Assembly: GCA_043228905.1 (NCBI GenBank) | Contig: JBHGNT010000021.1 | Span: 6,634,001 to 6,698,000, forward strand | Direction of reading: 5' to 3' | DNA length: 64,000 nt | Source of the DNA: Azolla caroliniana | Taxonomy: Eukaryota; Plantae; Polypodiophyta | The notes under the pieces: model-generated | What the model was told of the DNA's origin: nothing | What the model saw: only the letters and a program-made list of their open reading frames with translations | Databases searched by the model: none | Made by a program: the position numbers and the translations under genes | In this document: one piece after another, positions 10,927-23,419 of the stretch | How positions within the stretch are numbered: the first letter of the stretch is position 1 | Layout of the letters: each line of letters opens with the position of its first letter

Positions 10927-13787
10927 ATGCTGATTTTCATCTCTACTGCCCTACGCCGATGGCTCGTAGAGAAACGCCTGGATGTCTACATCCGGGTCGC
11001 AGAAGCACCTCCGCACCCGGACACCATGAACATCGCCAGGAAGCTTAACATAGACACGGTCACCAACTCTTCCATTTAGAAGAAGTTGGACCTATCCTCA
11101 CTAGGTGAAAGACATTTCGAAATACCTCCTACAGAGGCGCTGCAACAGTATTTTGGACCATATTCATCCTCTGCCAAGGCCTATAGAAAATAACAGATTT
11201 CGGATCCCTTCTTCCGTGAAGTTGTCAAGTTCCTACTGGAAGTCGGCTGCATCCATGTCAACGCATACGGGATGCCTAAGCAGAAGGCGGGCATCATTAT
11301 CGACACCTTTGAAGGGCGTGCAGTTGATTGGGGAGTCATCATAGGGCCGGCATTAAGAGAAGGCTTGCATGCGTACCAAGCAAGAAAAAAGCTTAGGCCA
11401 ATCATCCAACAATACCTTACGGTACTGTTTCCACCCCGAGGCCTGCCAGCATCGTAGCCCAGCCAACCCACGACCCCGATCCGATCCGCGAAACGCAGGT
11501 TAGCGGAGTTAGCGGCCCCGGAGTGGTAGGAGGAACCCCAACTAGCCCAGCCAGACCCAAGGACAACACCTCCTACCGACCAGCCGGACACACGGGCGAC
11601 GTAGGAGGAACAACCGAGACGCTCCATGGAAGCAACCCCAAAACCAGACACCAAAACACGACAGGAAAGCCCTAGACCAAAACGGCGCAGATTGGACAGG
11701 AAAGATGGGCGGGGGTTGGTAAAAAACGCCCCCACGGCTCTGGAGGCACCAACTGAAGGCGAAGGCTCCGCAGCAGCAGAACTGAATACCACCTTCGAAA
11801 TCATCCGGGAGCTGCGGCCGATTATTACGACTCAGTCCCAACGAGGGAAAGCCGTATTGACGACGGAAAGAGAGGTGTTGGCATATCCGGATATCCCGGA
11901 TACGGCCCACGAATTCACCGCCCTCTTGCAGTTCGGTACCTCTTTTGAGCTCATGGAAATCCTGGCAACAGAACAGGTCAAAGCCGCCCAACGAATGGCC
12001 GAGGAGCATGCGGAACGTCAGATGATCGAGCGCGCCCTAACACAAACAACGGAGAGCGACGATGAGGACCGGCTAGCCAGGGTCAGCAGACAGAGAAACG
12101 CCGGGGTACGACGAGTAGGGATGGAGATACCACCCTTAAACACCGCCATCGCCTCAAAAGCAAAAAGGGCCATGCAGCTAGCGGAATCCAAAATTGACCA
12201 TCTTCGAGCAGAACTACGCCAATCCTCCGACAGAGAAAAGGAGATACGGGCTAACGGACGGAAGGCCGTAAAAACTCTTGAAGAGAAACTAGCTACGGAG
12301 GTAGCTTAGCACATCCGGACAAAAGACAACAACGCCCAATTACGAGAGGACGCGAAGAAATCGGAGGCGGCAATAGCGGGACTTTGGGCCTTATTAGAAA
12401 AAAAGAAGGTATGGTTCGATGAGCAGTTGGTGGTCGAACAAGAAAAAAGGCATCAACTTGAAATCCACCTAAACAATGAAATGGGGAAATTAGAAGAACA
12501 ACATGCAATTTGGTCATGACCATATCCCCATGTAATTTCTTTTCTTTCCTAATCTTAATGATAATTAGTAGTAGCTTTGCTCTTAATCACTCTCTCTCTC
12601 CCTCTCTCTCTCTCTTAACATGTTAGCAACATTTGTTTGTCTTTTGAATTAATACCTAATGACTAGCCCTCTCTCCCTTTCTCATTATAGTTTTAGATAT
12701 TTTAGTTATATTTAAGTTTTAATCCTTATAGTAATTTAAGTTATGAAGGTTTAATCTCTCTCTCATGCTCTCTAAGCCGTGCACCGATGATACACCATGC
12801 ACACTCCTTGTCGACGATCGTATGATCAACAAAACTTAGAATCCCAGCTGTGGGCGGTCCTGAAGGCCACGTATGAGGAGGCGACAGCCGTTAAACAACA
12901 GGAAATCGCAAATCTCTAGAAGTCGATGGAAGATGCACGAAACCGCTGCCAGGCCATCACGGATAACGTGCGCATCCTTCTCCAAACAAACCGGGAAAGG
13001 TTCACAGCGCAATTGAAAACGGCGCTGGACAAAGGATGGATGGCGTGGGCAACCCAAGCAGCGGAATTCCACGCATATCGTGTGGACTAGGAGAACCGGT
13101 GGAAAGACGGCCGAGGGTTTTATAAACTAAACGAGGAGAACATTGCGACCGTACGGGAGGACCTAGCGCAAGACTATTGTGCGCTATCAGACTAACACTT
13201 TGAAGAACTCGCACAACTCTTAGATGATTTTGGTGAAAGTCAGGAGGAGCTATTTCACCAGATCACACAAGCCGGCAACACGCGAGGAACCTAACGCAAC
13301 AACAATTCCGGTCACAGCCGAAGAAGAGGAACCTCAGGCCCGATCACCAGAGATGACAACGAGGGAGAATAGCGGGGACCAACGAGCAGAGTCCCCCACA
13401 GGAACAAACAGCGAAACCATTACCCAACAAGAGGTCCAGCCGCACCAGCCCACACCATCTTTAGAACACGCTGAAAATAGTGCGGACCAGGCGGAATCCC
13501 CACCCCACGCCCAGGGACACACAAAAACGGCCAACACCGCGGAGGACGTAACAATAGAGGCTGAGCTGCAGCCGACTGCAAGCACGCCAACGGCGGAGCC
13601 CAGCCCACTAACCCAAGAAGAGCCCACCGTACCCGGACCACCCACACACGGCGAAGGCAACTCCGGGAGAAACCAGGCTGACCAAGTAGAGGAGCCGCAC
13701 CACGATGCACCTACGAGCCCTACATCAACCCCGAACGAGGACACCACAACAAAGCCGAACATCCGGGCCATTTTGGAAGAAGATTAA
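10927..13787 (+). pseudogene. G1 additional 3' ORF (unknown function; globular N-terminal part, coiled-coil-like middle, Pro/Thr/Glu-rich tail), decayed
   Basis: Consecutive sense ORF pieces (MLIFISTALRRWL.., GRAVDWGVIIG.., 11626-12309, 13224-13787) between integrase and the LTR-like tail. Confidence 0.6.
12477..12828. mobile_element. 352-bp AT-rich solo-LTR-like insertion
   Basis: Abrupt composition change, TGA...TCA ends, flanked by ACAA (12473-12476 / 12829-12832), internal (CT)n. Confidence 0.5.
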
Positions 13788-13789
13788 CG

Positions 13790-14248
13790 GGATGGGTTCG
13801 ACGTGCAAAGGCACTGTCCCACAGGCGTGCCAAGTGTTGTCCGCCGGAATAGTAACCAACGGACAAAAGCGTAGGAATAAGAAACTATATAAGAGCATAA
13901 CGCATGTAACGGTTCATGTAGGAAGCGTGAACGACTAATTAGACCCTGCATATATAAAGGGCAGAAAACCTCTTATGGAGGTGCGTGTAATTTTTGGAAA
14001 TGTAAAGAGCGCCTGATAATAGAATTCTATCTTCTCTGAGTTTGTGTATAGCTGCGGCTAATCCAGTATAGTAGTACGTAAGTGTAACCTGTGATAGGGG
14101 TTCAGTTGTAGCCGTCTTCCCTTATACACGGAGGAAATACAGAGGTTCTCCCCTTACGTATTACGCTTAAACCTTGTTCGTTGTTCCACACACACCTTGA
14201 GGTCTAGGTCGAAGGACTGACCGCGGACCGTGTTCCTAAATGGCAACA
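13790..14248 (+). repeat. Probable G1 3' LTR (left boundary unresolved)
   Basis: Non-coding, TATATAAA near 13951, ends ...GGCAACA at the switch to copia coding sequence. No clear PPT or TG start seen. Confidence 0.45.
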
Positions 14249-16294
14249 CCGAACACAACTTGTTTCGAATGCAGGTCTTGAAGCCTCTAGTAGTTGACAT
14301 AGCCGATCCGCTTATGCCAGATATCGATGTCCGATTCAATCTTCTATCCTTTGGCAAACATGGTGGTGCCAACATCATTAGTGTTGAGGATGAACATCCT
14401 CCCTTATCTACGCCCTTGCGCAATTATCCGGCCTTCTTCCTCAATGAAGCACCCGAGGTGCGTAAACCGCACCTGCATTCCCTGGTCGACGATTTGTCCG
14501 ACCGATGCTAGGTTCTTTGTGATAGTCGGAACGTGTAGTGCGTTCATCAACTTCCCCTTTTGTCTGACATGGCTGAAAGGGATTTCTCCAACATGCACAA
14601 TCAGGTGAGGGGCGTTGTCTCCGGTTTCGACAATCCCTGGTTGTTCCGGTTTTCCAAAAAGAAGAACCACTCTTCATGGCTCGTCATGTGGTTGGACGCT
14701 CAGGAATCAACATACCATACTTCCTCCGATTTGGAAGTAGTCTTCTTCATCGAGTTAGCCTTGTGCTTCATCACGAAGCCTGGCCCTTTACCGGTCTTCC
14801 CGGTTCTGGATCCTTCCGATCCTTCTGCGTAGTACGAGCTTTGCCGGTTTTCCTAACCGGCCTTGCCGGATCCAGATTTGTTCGAATCGGCGCGCTTCTT
14901 CCAGCACTCGCTTTCCCTTTGGCCATTTTTGCCATAGTACCAACATTCCGTGTTGGCTTTTCCTTGCCGGCTTCCGACGCCACTTTGACTCCCCCTATTT
15001 GTGGAGGGTCCGGAACTGCTGTCAGGACTACCTATGTGCCTTCGGTCTTGCTCTTGCCGGCCACCTCCATTGCGTGCCGACCCACCTCGTCCACTACGTC
15101 CATGGAGCCGATCTATCTCCATGTACAACATCCGACCATCCGATTGAGTGGTCCTAGACCCACTCGCGTGGTTTTCTTCGATCATCAACATTGATTGCAA
15201 GTCGAAGAAGGACGGTGGCTTCTATCAGGTGCAGATCGTTGTCCGGATTGGCCCGTACCTTTGCGCTAGACCACTGAGGCAGATTTGTACCATCTCGTCT
15301 TCGTCCACCGTCACGTTGATGGACCCGAGTGCATCACAAATCTCCTTTATTTTGGTGGTGTAATTCGTAACCGACATGTCTCTTTACCGGATGTTGTTCA
15401 GCTCTTGCCGTAGCTGCAACTTAGGGGTTGTGGTACTCGCGGCAAAAATCTTCTGTAGATTTTCCCAAGCCTCCTTCGGCGTCTTGGAATCCTTTATGTA
15501 GCCGAGCATCTGATCGTGCACACAGGACACGAGGCAGTACAATACTCGACTTGCTCCTTGCTCCCATACCGAGAAGTTATTGTGTGTTGGCTCCGGTGCC
15601 ACCTCGTTAGTTCCTTCCACGTAGCTCCAATAACCATGCCCCAGCAAGTATTGGTGCATTTTATATGACCAGGACGCATAGTTGCTCCGATCGAGCTTCT
15701 CTGTTGGAAGTGAACTGGCCATACCTCTGTCCATACCTTTCTCTATCTATTGTTACTAGTTATTAGGGTTTTTCTTCAAAAGCCTTTGTCGGCTGCAGAG
15801 GTTCTCAACCCTCGCGCTCTGATACCATGTGAAAGTTAGCGTGCAAAAGAGTTAGACAAACCGGCTCAACTAGATAGCAACAGAAAATGAGAAAAGGTTT
15901 AATGGAGAACTTAACACAGAGAATACACATGGGAGAGAGAGAGAGAGAGCATAACATAAACTTGATTCAAAATAATGACAATACTCTGTGTACATAGAAT
16001 GTGCTTAAAGAGCACTTTTATACAAGTCCATAAAGGACTGATAGAAGTATTGACAGATACTTCAATATTCCTATGTGCAATTGACACTAACTACGAGACA
16101 ATGATTACCTAGTATTCTAGGCTACTACTAGGCTTCCGGTTTGCACTCGAATTCGGCTCTCCGATCCGTCTACTCGATCCGGCCGGTTGTATCCAAACAC
16201 CGACCTGGCTCATCCTTTCAGATATCATCCGAATACCGATCCGGCTCGAGCTTATTCAGCCTATCCAGATCCGGTTGAGCTTGCTCGCTCAACA
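14249..16294 (-). mobile_element. C2: 5' part of a decayed Ty1/copia (LTR 15828-16294, PBS-Met 15816-15827, gag-PR-pre-integrase remnant)
   Basis: Reverse complement TGTTG...TTCACA followed by TGGTATCAGAGC. EKLDRSNYASW gag, degenerate knuckle CWYYGKNGQRESEC, WYVDS*ASNH, IWHKRIG. Confidence 0.88.
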
Positions 16295-16324
16295 ACAATG
16301 GAATGTAGGGGTTGAACCCATGAC

Positions 16325-16780
16325 TGTTACGGGCATGACCATATAATATCCCGTGGTGAGAATTTACCATAGTATTCTATACACGTGGATAAGTGTGAGG
16401 GTTAAACAAGAGTGTAAAGAAGGGGAGGATTACTTTTAAATCCTCGAGATTGAGACAACCCATTAGGCCAAGTGTGAACATGGCTGGGGGCCTTGGGTAT
16501 CGCTATAAATAGAGGCCTAGCTACCCTCATTTCATTATCTTGTTGACTACGTCGAGACTCTGTCTTGTGGTGGGTCAACTCTTGTAGCGAACGCGCCAGC
16601 ACCAGGTATGACTCGACGCCACGGCGGTGGTATGGGACGCTGATCGAGGCTTGAGTCCGTCTGAATCCCTTCCCTCGGGGGTGGTCGAGTGGATCAACAC
16701 CCTTCTTTCTCTCTCTCGTTTCTTTCTATCTACCTAGATCTATCCTTATCTAATGCTTACTTTAGTACATGTCTATAATA
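16325..16780 (+). repeat. Chromovirus 5' LTR (456 bp)
   Basis: TGTTAC...TATAATA; repeat of 22506-22963. Confidence 0.93.
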
Positions 16781-18130
16781 TTTGGTATCCGAGCCTATGT
16801 ACTAAAGTTTCTAAAACACTTACATATGTTACGTTTGCGTATGAGGTCAACACCTCGATTTTGTTGTAAATGATATGCGTTTGGTCTCGTATGCGTAAGA
16901 GGTTAATACCTCAATTGCGTATTACGTTGAACCCTTATTTTTGGATGTCTCGTGTGCGTAGAGGTATATGCCTCGATTATGTATCTCGATTACGTCATTT
17001 TTGGCTATTAAATATAACGATTTCTTTAATAAAGGCATATGTGGTCACGTGTATACGTAGTTGATCGTATATATGTTATTACGTGATTTTAAATCGAATG
17101 TTTTCCTTTTCGGGGAAAGGTTCTTGGTGGCCATCTTCACATTTTTGTGAGAATCGTGTTGTCACCATCCCTTTTTTCAACAATTTTTTATTGTTGCCCC
17201 GTTGGTGACTTCGATATTTCGTTACGTAAAGAAACACCAATAACCATAATGATGTTGAGTACATAGGGTTTTACCCACTTCATGTGAGGTCGCTCTTATG
17301 ACACACGTATCCAACATCCCTCCCTCATTACATGGATACGATGCCACCATGAGATCATTCTTACGAGAGGCATTCGTAATGACGTGACTATGTGATGGGC
17401 CACGTGGGCCTACTATGAAAAGAGGGCTCATTTGGCTTGACCATAAGGTTGCACTTTGGCGTATGCCATTGTAATTACGAGACTTGAGGTTAGGTAACGT
17501 ACCAACATAGTTCAATAGTAAATGAGGGCGAAATAAGGACTCTTGACATATATGTTTCTTTTAAAAAAACATATATGGGCAAATGCCTCGCACATCTCTT
17601 ATATGCATGAAACATTAAACATTCAACAAGAGCAACTTACTTGGTTGGCTCAAATGTTTAATGCATTTGTTCTCGAGGTCTTGAGTTCAAATATGACCAA
17701 GACCATACAACATAGTTGATACATATGACTATAACACATGTTTAGACTTGAGGTCTAAGTGCACTTCGGGGTCCTCGTAATAGGACTTAAAGAGCCGAAA
17801 CCACATATGTGGGCACCGAAACATAGTTTATTGTTAACATTTTTTTCGTGTATAAACTATTCATGACGCGAACATACATGGTTGAGCCTCGGGGAGCCAC
17901 CATGAAAAAATCGATATAGAGATCAGGGAAAGACATTTATTTGTCACCCCCATGGTTTTTAAAACACCTTTGTGTTACCTGATCTTGAACCTCATCTCAT
18001 ACGTCTAGAGGGGTATTGACGTGAGATCATGATATCGATTAATGTTTGCCCATGATATGTTACATCACGACATGATGTTAAGACTATCTCTATGACCCTA
18101 TCCTATTTCTTTTCCAGAAATAATCATTTA

Positions 18131-21100
18131 ATGGCTCAAAATAACGACCCGATGTCATCCGCTCAAGCGGAAGGAACTCAAAGGAATACTCATGGACAAA
18201 TGTCCATTGAGATGTATTTTTCGCAAATAACCTAATACATTAGTTTCACCGCTCAACAGATGACCGAACTTCGGCAATCTCAAAGTGCTCTCGAGGCACA
18301 TGTCATTAGTCTACAACGTGAGACTAATAGACCTGATGAGCGACAGGGTGAACCATCGTTTGTCGTTAAGCCATTTATGGGAGACAAAAAGGAAAGAACC
18401 GAAGAAGCAATCTGCACGTGGCTGGGCCAATGGGAGTCTCATTTTGAGCTCTATCCCACGCCAGATAGTACAAAGATTGCATATGTCGGCCGAGAACTAG
18501 GGGGTAAGGCCACCGCCTGGTGGCGTGGGCTCCGTACTTTGGGGAAATTGCCCGATACCTGGACAGATTTTGTCACAATTTTCAAGGGCCAATTTCTACA
18601 ACCTCCCTCTCGAACCGAGGCAGCACAAGCTTTAATGAACCTCTCTAGTTGGAAATTTTCCTCGCTAGAAGACTATGTCCACCATGCTAGAACCCAAATC
18701 TAAAAATCGGGTCTAGAAGGGGACAACTGGTTAATAGCTTGTTTTGTCAGTGGCATCCCCAATTCGGACTATCACTAGATAGTGCACAATAAGGATCCAA
18801 AATCCTTCGAAGAGGACGTTGAAATAGTTCTTCGCTATCAACGCACTTCGAAGAAGGACCACAACAAACCCAACGAAGCGCCTGGGACTAAGCAATCGCA
18901 ATTCGTTGGGAAACGCAAGACACCCAACGAATTCATGGATCACGATTGTAAGCGACAACATCCTTTTTGCGTATTCTGCAAAAAGAAGGGTCATACAAAA
19001 GATCAATGTCGAAAGCTCCAACGGAAAGAGCACGACAACAAAACTAAAGCTGCAGACCATAAAGGTCAGATTCCTAATGTCCTTTAGGTCTATACACATC
19101 GTTTAAGTAATTGTCAATGTTCTTTCCCTCACTATATATTGGGTCCTAATGATTTACTACGTGCAAACGGGTATATCAATGGATCTCCCGTACAATTTTT
19201 ATTTGATTCGGGAAGCTCACACAATTTTGTGAATGATCGTTTGGTTTAGATATGGGGAATCCAACCCACCGTAAGTGATCACACCTAAACGGTGCACTTG
19301 GCTGATGGAAGAGTACAATACATCAACGGGGCGATTCATTCATTAGGAATTTCTATTGATACTTATATAGAGGAAGTAGACTTCCATGTAATGAATCTTT
19401 GTACCACCGATGTAATACTGGGTTATCCCTGGTTTTATAATAAAAGCTCTTCTTTATCTATTGATTGGGTTCATCATTCAATTACATTTGTACTGAACAA
19501 TTGTACTCATTTTATTCAATGTGTAAAAAAACAATCCCTCTCGATTGTTTCCTCGTGTCCATCAATATCCGAGTTGTCTTGTTCTACTCTATTTTATTGT
19601 GTACTTGATCCGGACATTCACGTTTACAGTATCAATAATGTCTCGGTTCAATTAACATATTTTGAACAACAACAACTTGATGAAATCTTAAATGATTTTC
19701 GTGATGTTTTTCCGAGTGAACTACCAGATGGCTTACCTCCTAAACGTAATATAGACCATCGTATAGATATTGTACCTAGTGTTGCACCAATTAGTATACC
19801 TCCTTATCCCTTAAGTCAATCCGAAGAGGATGAGGTATCTAAGCAACTCAAGGACTATTTACGAATGGGTTATATACTTTATAGTAAATCTCCATGGGGT
19901 GCACCAGTTCTCTTGGTTAAAAAGAAAGAGGGCACATGGCGTATGTGTATTAATTACCGACGCTTGAATAAAGTGACGATCAAGAATTCGTATCCATTGC
20001 CCCGGGCTGACGATCTAATTGACCGTCTCCAGGGAGCTCGGTATTTTACGAAACTTGATCTCCATACTCGCTACCATCAAATTCGTATAAGTGAGGATGA
20101 TGTTCCTAAAACAACATTTCATACGCGCTATGGCCATTATGAGTTTCTGGTTATGCCTTTTGGTTTGACCAATGCTCTGGCTACATTTCAACAAGAAATG
20201 AATGACATTTTCCGAGAACAACTTGAAAAATTTGTCGTTATTTTCTTGGATGATATTTTAGTTTATAGCTGTACATTACACGAACATGCTAAACATGTCC
20301 GCTTTGTTTTACAAACATTGCGTGACAAACAGTTTTACGCGAAGATCTCAAAATGTGAGTTCTTCAAGAAATCAATTACTTATCTTGGACATCTCATAAC
20401 CGAACGGGGAGTTGAAATTGATCCTTCTCGCATTGAGAAAATCAAGCTTTGGCCCACTCTTCAGAATATTCGAGAAGTTCGATTATTCCTTGGTTTTGTC
20501 GGGTTTTTGCGAAAATCCCTTCGTAATTACTCCCAATTGACGACGTCGTTTACTGATCTTCTAAAAGGTCAAACGCGTAAGTCTACAAAACATATTCTGT
20601 GGAATGCTACACTAGACCTCACCTTTAAGGAACTCAAGGACCTGGTTTGCAAGGCTCCTTCACTTCTTTTACCCGATCCTTCAAAACCTTTTGAGGTTGA
20701 AACCGATGCAAGCGATTATGCTATAGGTGCTGTCTTATATCAAGATGGTAAACCAATAGCATTCGAGAGTAAGAAACTTGATTCTGCTCAATGTCGGTAT
20801 ACCGTTCAAGAAAAGGAATTATTTGCAGTTATACATGCGCTCAAAACATGGCGCAATTATCTTTATGGAAATCGCTTTGTGGTAACTACGGACCACAAGT
20901 CCTTGAAATATTTTTGTAACCAAGAAGACCTGAAAGGTCGTAAGGCACGATGGGCTAATCTCATCCAAGACTTTGATTTTTCCATACGATATCGTAAAGG
21001 TTCCATGAATACTGTCGCTGATGCACTAAGTCACATCCGTGAAGTTAACATGCTTAGCTTCACTGAAATAACATCAAATCTTTATGATCACCTTCGAGGA

Positions 21101-22519
21101 AAGTATCCTGATGACAATTATTTCGCAAAATACTAGGCAAGAGTTGAGTCTGGAACAGACACCACCACATCCTCGAAGGAATACTTCTACATTGCTAACG
21201 GTTTGCTCTACCGTAATGGGAAGGTTTGTGTTCCAAATTTACCCGAGGTCAAAAAGAGGATTCTTTTTGAATGCCATGATGCACCCGCAGCAGGGCACCC
21301 TGGAATACATCGTACACTCGTTCTTCCACTCAATTTTATTGGCCTAAGATGCGTCCTGACATACATAACTATGTGACTGAATGTCACCAATGTAAGGTTA
21401 ACAAAGCCGAGCGACTTAAAGCCGCAGGACTTTTACATCCCTTGAACATTCCCAACAATAAGTGGGAAAGTATATCCATGGATTTTATTGTTAGCCTTCC
21501 TCGCACCCAAAAAGGCCATGATGCCATCTGGGTTGTGGTTGATCGACTAACTAAAATGGCCAGATTTATTGCTACTAAAACCACGGTAACAGCTCCTGAA
21601 TTGGCTTACCAATTTGTTGACGAGTTATTTCGTTTTTATGGGTTACTGATGGATATCGTGAGTGATCGAGATCCAAAATTTACTAGTGACTTCTGGACAC
21701 AAGTCTTTAAGAAGTTAGAAACTACGTTGAGCATGAGCTCCACGGATCATCCTCAATCCGATGGACAAACAGAACGAGTAAATCAAATTATTGAGGACAT
21801 GCTTCGAGCATACGTTGGTACAAAACCAACTTATCTCCAAGCATACGTCGACGGGATATAGTCCTTTTATGTTGATGTATGGTTTTCAACCACGAGCCCC
21901 GATTGATGTTAATATACATCATGATGAGTTGCGAAGTACGCAAAACTTTCTTCGGGATATGCAAGATATGTTGCATATTGCACAAGATAATATAAAAACA
22001 GCTCAAGATAGAGCGCGTTTTTATGCCGATCATCATAGGCAACCTCGTGTATTCAACCCTGGACAGAAGGTATTTTTACGTGTACCTCACAATTCTAAGA
22101 CATTGTCTACGGGTAAGTGCGCTAAGTTAGCCCCACAGTTTTGTGGACCTTTTACAGTCCTCAAACGCATTGGGTCATCAGCCTATTGTCTCGCTCTTCC
22201 CGATGGTGTTGGAATTCATCCAGTCTTTCATGTGAGTCATCTAAAAGAACTTTTAGGTTCTGGCGACAATACAGTTACAACTGAAACTCTGGTTACTTCT
22301 AAAGAATTATCTTCTAAACCACATGTACCAGAAAGAATTCTTGATGTTAAAACAAAAAAATTATGTACTAAAGAAATCCGAGAATTTAAAATAAAATGGA
22401 TGGATAAATCAATAAAAGATGCCACATGGGAACGTGAAAATACACTTAGAACTAAATTCCCTAACTTTCCATTGCAAGAGTGCAATGTTTTAAAGAGGGG
22501 GAGTATTTTACAGGTATGA
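18131..22519 (+). pseudogene. gag-pol: Chromovirus gag-pol with C-terminal chromodomain
   Basis: LGGKATAWW gag, [70 protein letters not shown]....DATWE. In-frame stops and frameshifts. Confidence 0.93.
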
Positions 22520-22963
22520 CCATATAATATCTCGTGGTGAGAATTTACCGTAGTATTCTATACACGTGGATAAGTGTGAGGGTTAAACGAGAGTGTAAAG
22601 AAGGGGAGGATTACTTTTAAATCCTTGGGATTGAGACAACCCATCAGGCCAAGTGTGAACATGGTTGGGGGCCTTGGGTATCGCTATAAATAGAGGCCTA
22701 GCTACCCTCATTTCATTATCTTGTTGACTACGTCGAGACTCTGTCTTGTGGTGAGTCAACTCTTGTAGCGAGCGCGCTCGCACCAGGTACGACTCGACGC
22801 CACGACAGTGGTATGGGACGCCGATCGAGGCTTGAGTCCGTCTCGATCCCTTCGCTCGGGGGTGGTCGGGTGGATCGGCACCCTTCTTTCTCTCTCTCGT
22901 TTCTTTCTATCTACCTAGATCTATCAGGTTATCTAATGCTTACTTTAGTACATGTCTATAATA
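22506..22963 (+). repeat. Chromovirus 3' LTR (458 bp)
   Basis: Follows the PPT; starts TTTTAC (mutated TG), ends TATAATA, then the TSD. Confidence 0.93.
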
Positions 22964-23419
22964 ATGACCCCCTCATCTCCATTGGCATTTGGGCTCTCTC
23001 TCTCTCTCTCTCATGAAAACACACAATTATATCAATAAATGTGTGTGAAAAACACTATTTACAATGGGTGTCACAAAAGGGGTATGGTCGGTCACCCCCT
23101 AACTACATAAGTAGTATTGAAACATGTTGGACTGCCAATAGGCAAGATGAACACTCCACTTAGGAAATAATTTCTACTTGCTCCAATCAAGAAAATTGCC
23201 ACATTAGTACTCCCTTTTAACTTTTGTAGATATGCTTTGACTCTGTGCCTACCATCAACCACAAAAGCATTGTGCATACATATCCGAATTATCAAGCACT
23301 CCTCAATACCTTAGAAATAGGAAAGTACAACGAGAAAATTCGAGTCAACATTTACATGGATTGAAGAAGAAATAGAAGAAGGATAAGAAGAATATAGGAG
23401 TAAACTACGAGGATAAGAT

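Larger units (their letters stand above)
885..14248 (+). mobile_element. G1: 5'-truncated, decayed non-chromoviral Ty3/gypsy LTR retrotransposon with extra 3' ORF; interrupted by C1 and a solo-LTR-like insert
   Basis: Domain order gag knuckle-PR-RT-RH-IN, then an A-rich spacer, a second ORF, and an LTR-like tail ending GGCAACA at 14248, where copia C2 sequence begins. Confidence 0.8.
16325..22963 (+). mobile_element. Full-length decayed chromovirus (Ty3/gypsy)
   Basis: Paired LTRs, TSD ATGAC (16320-16324 / 22964-22968), PBS-like TGGTATCCGAGCC at 16783-16795, PPT AAAGAGGGGGAG. Confidence 0.95.

Noticed and set aside
13790-13840. Exact start and PPT of the G1 3' LTR
   Set aside because: No purine tract followed by TG, and no 5' LTR in the window for comparison.
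19085-19087. Programmed readthrough at the chromovirus gag TAG
   Set aside because: The element has several other in-frame stops; CAG>TAG decay is simpler.
22969-23415. Possible host sequence or gene fragment
   Set aside because: AT-rich, with no ORF, motif or boundary I can support; left unannotated.
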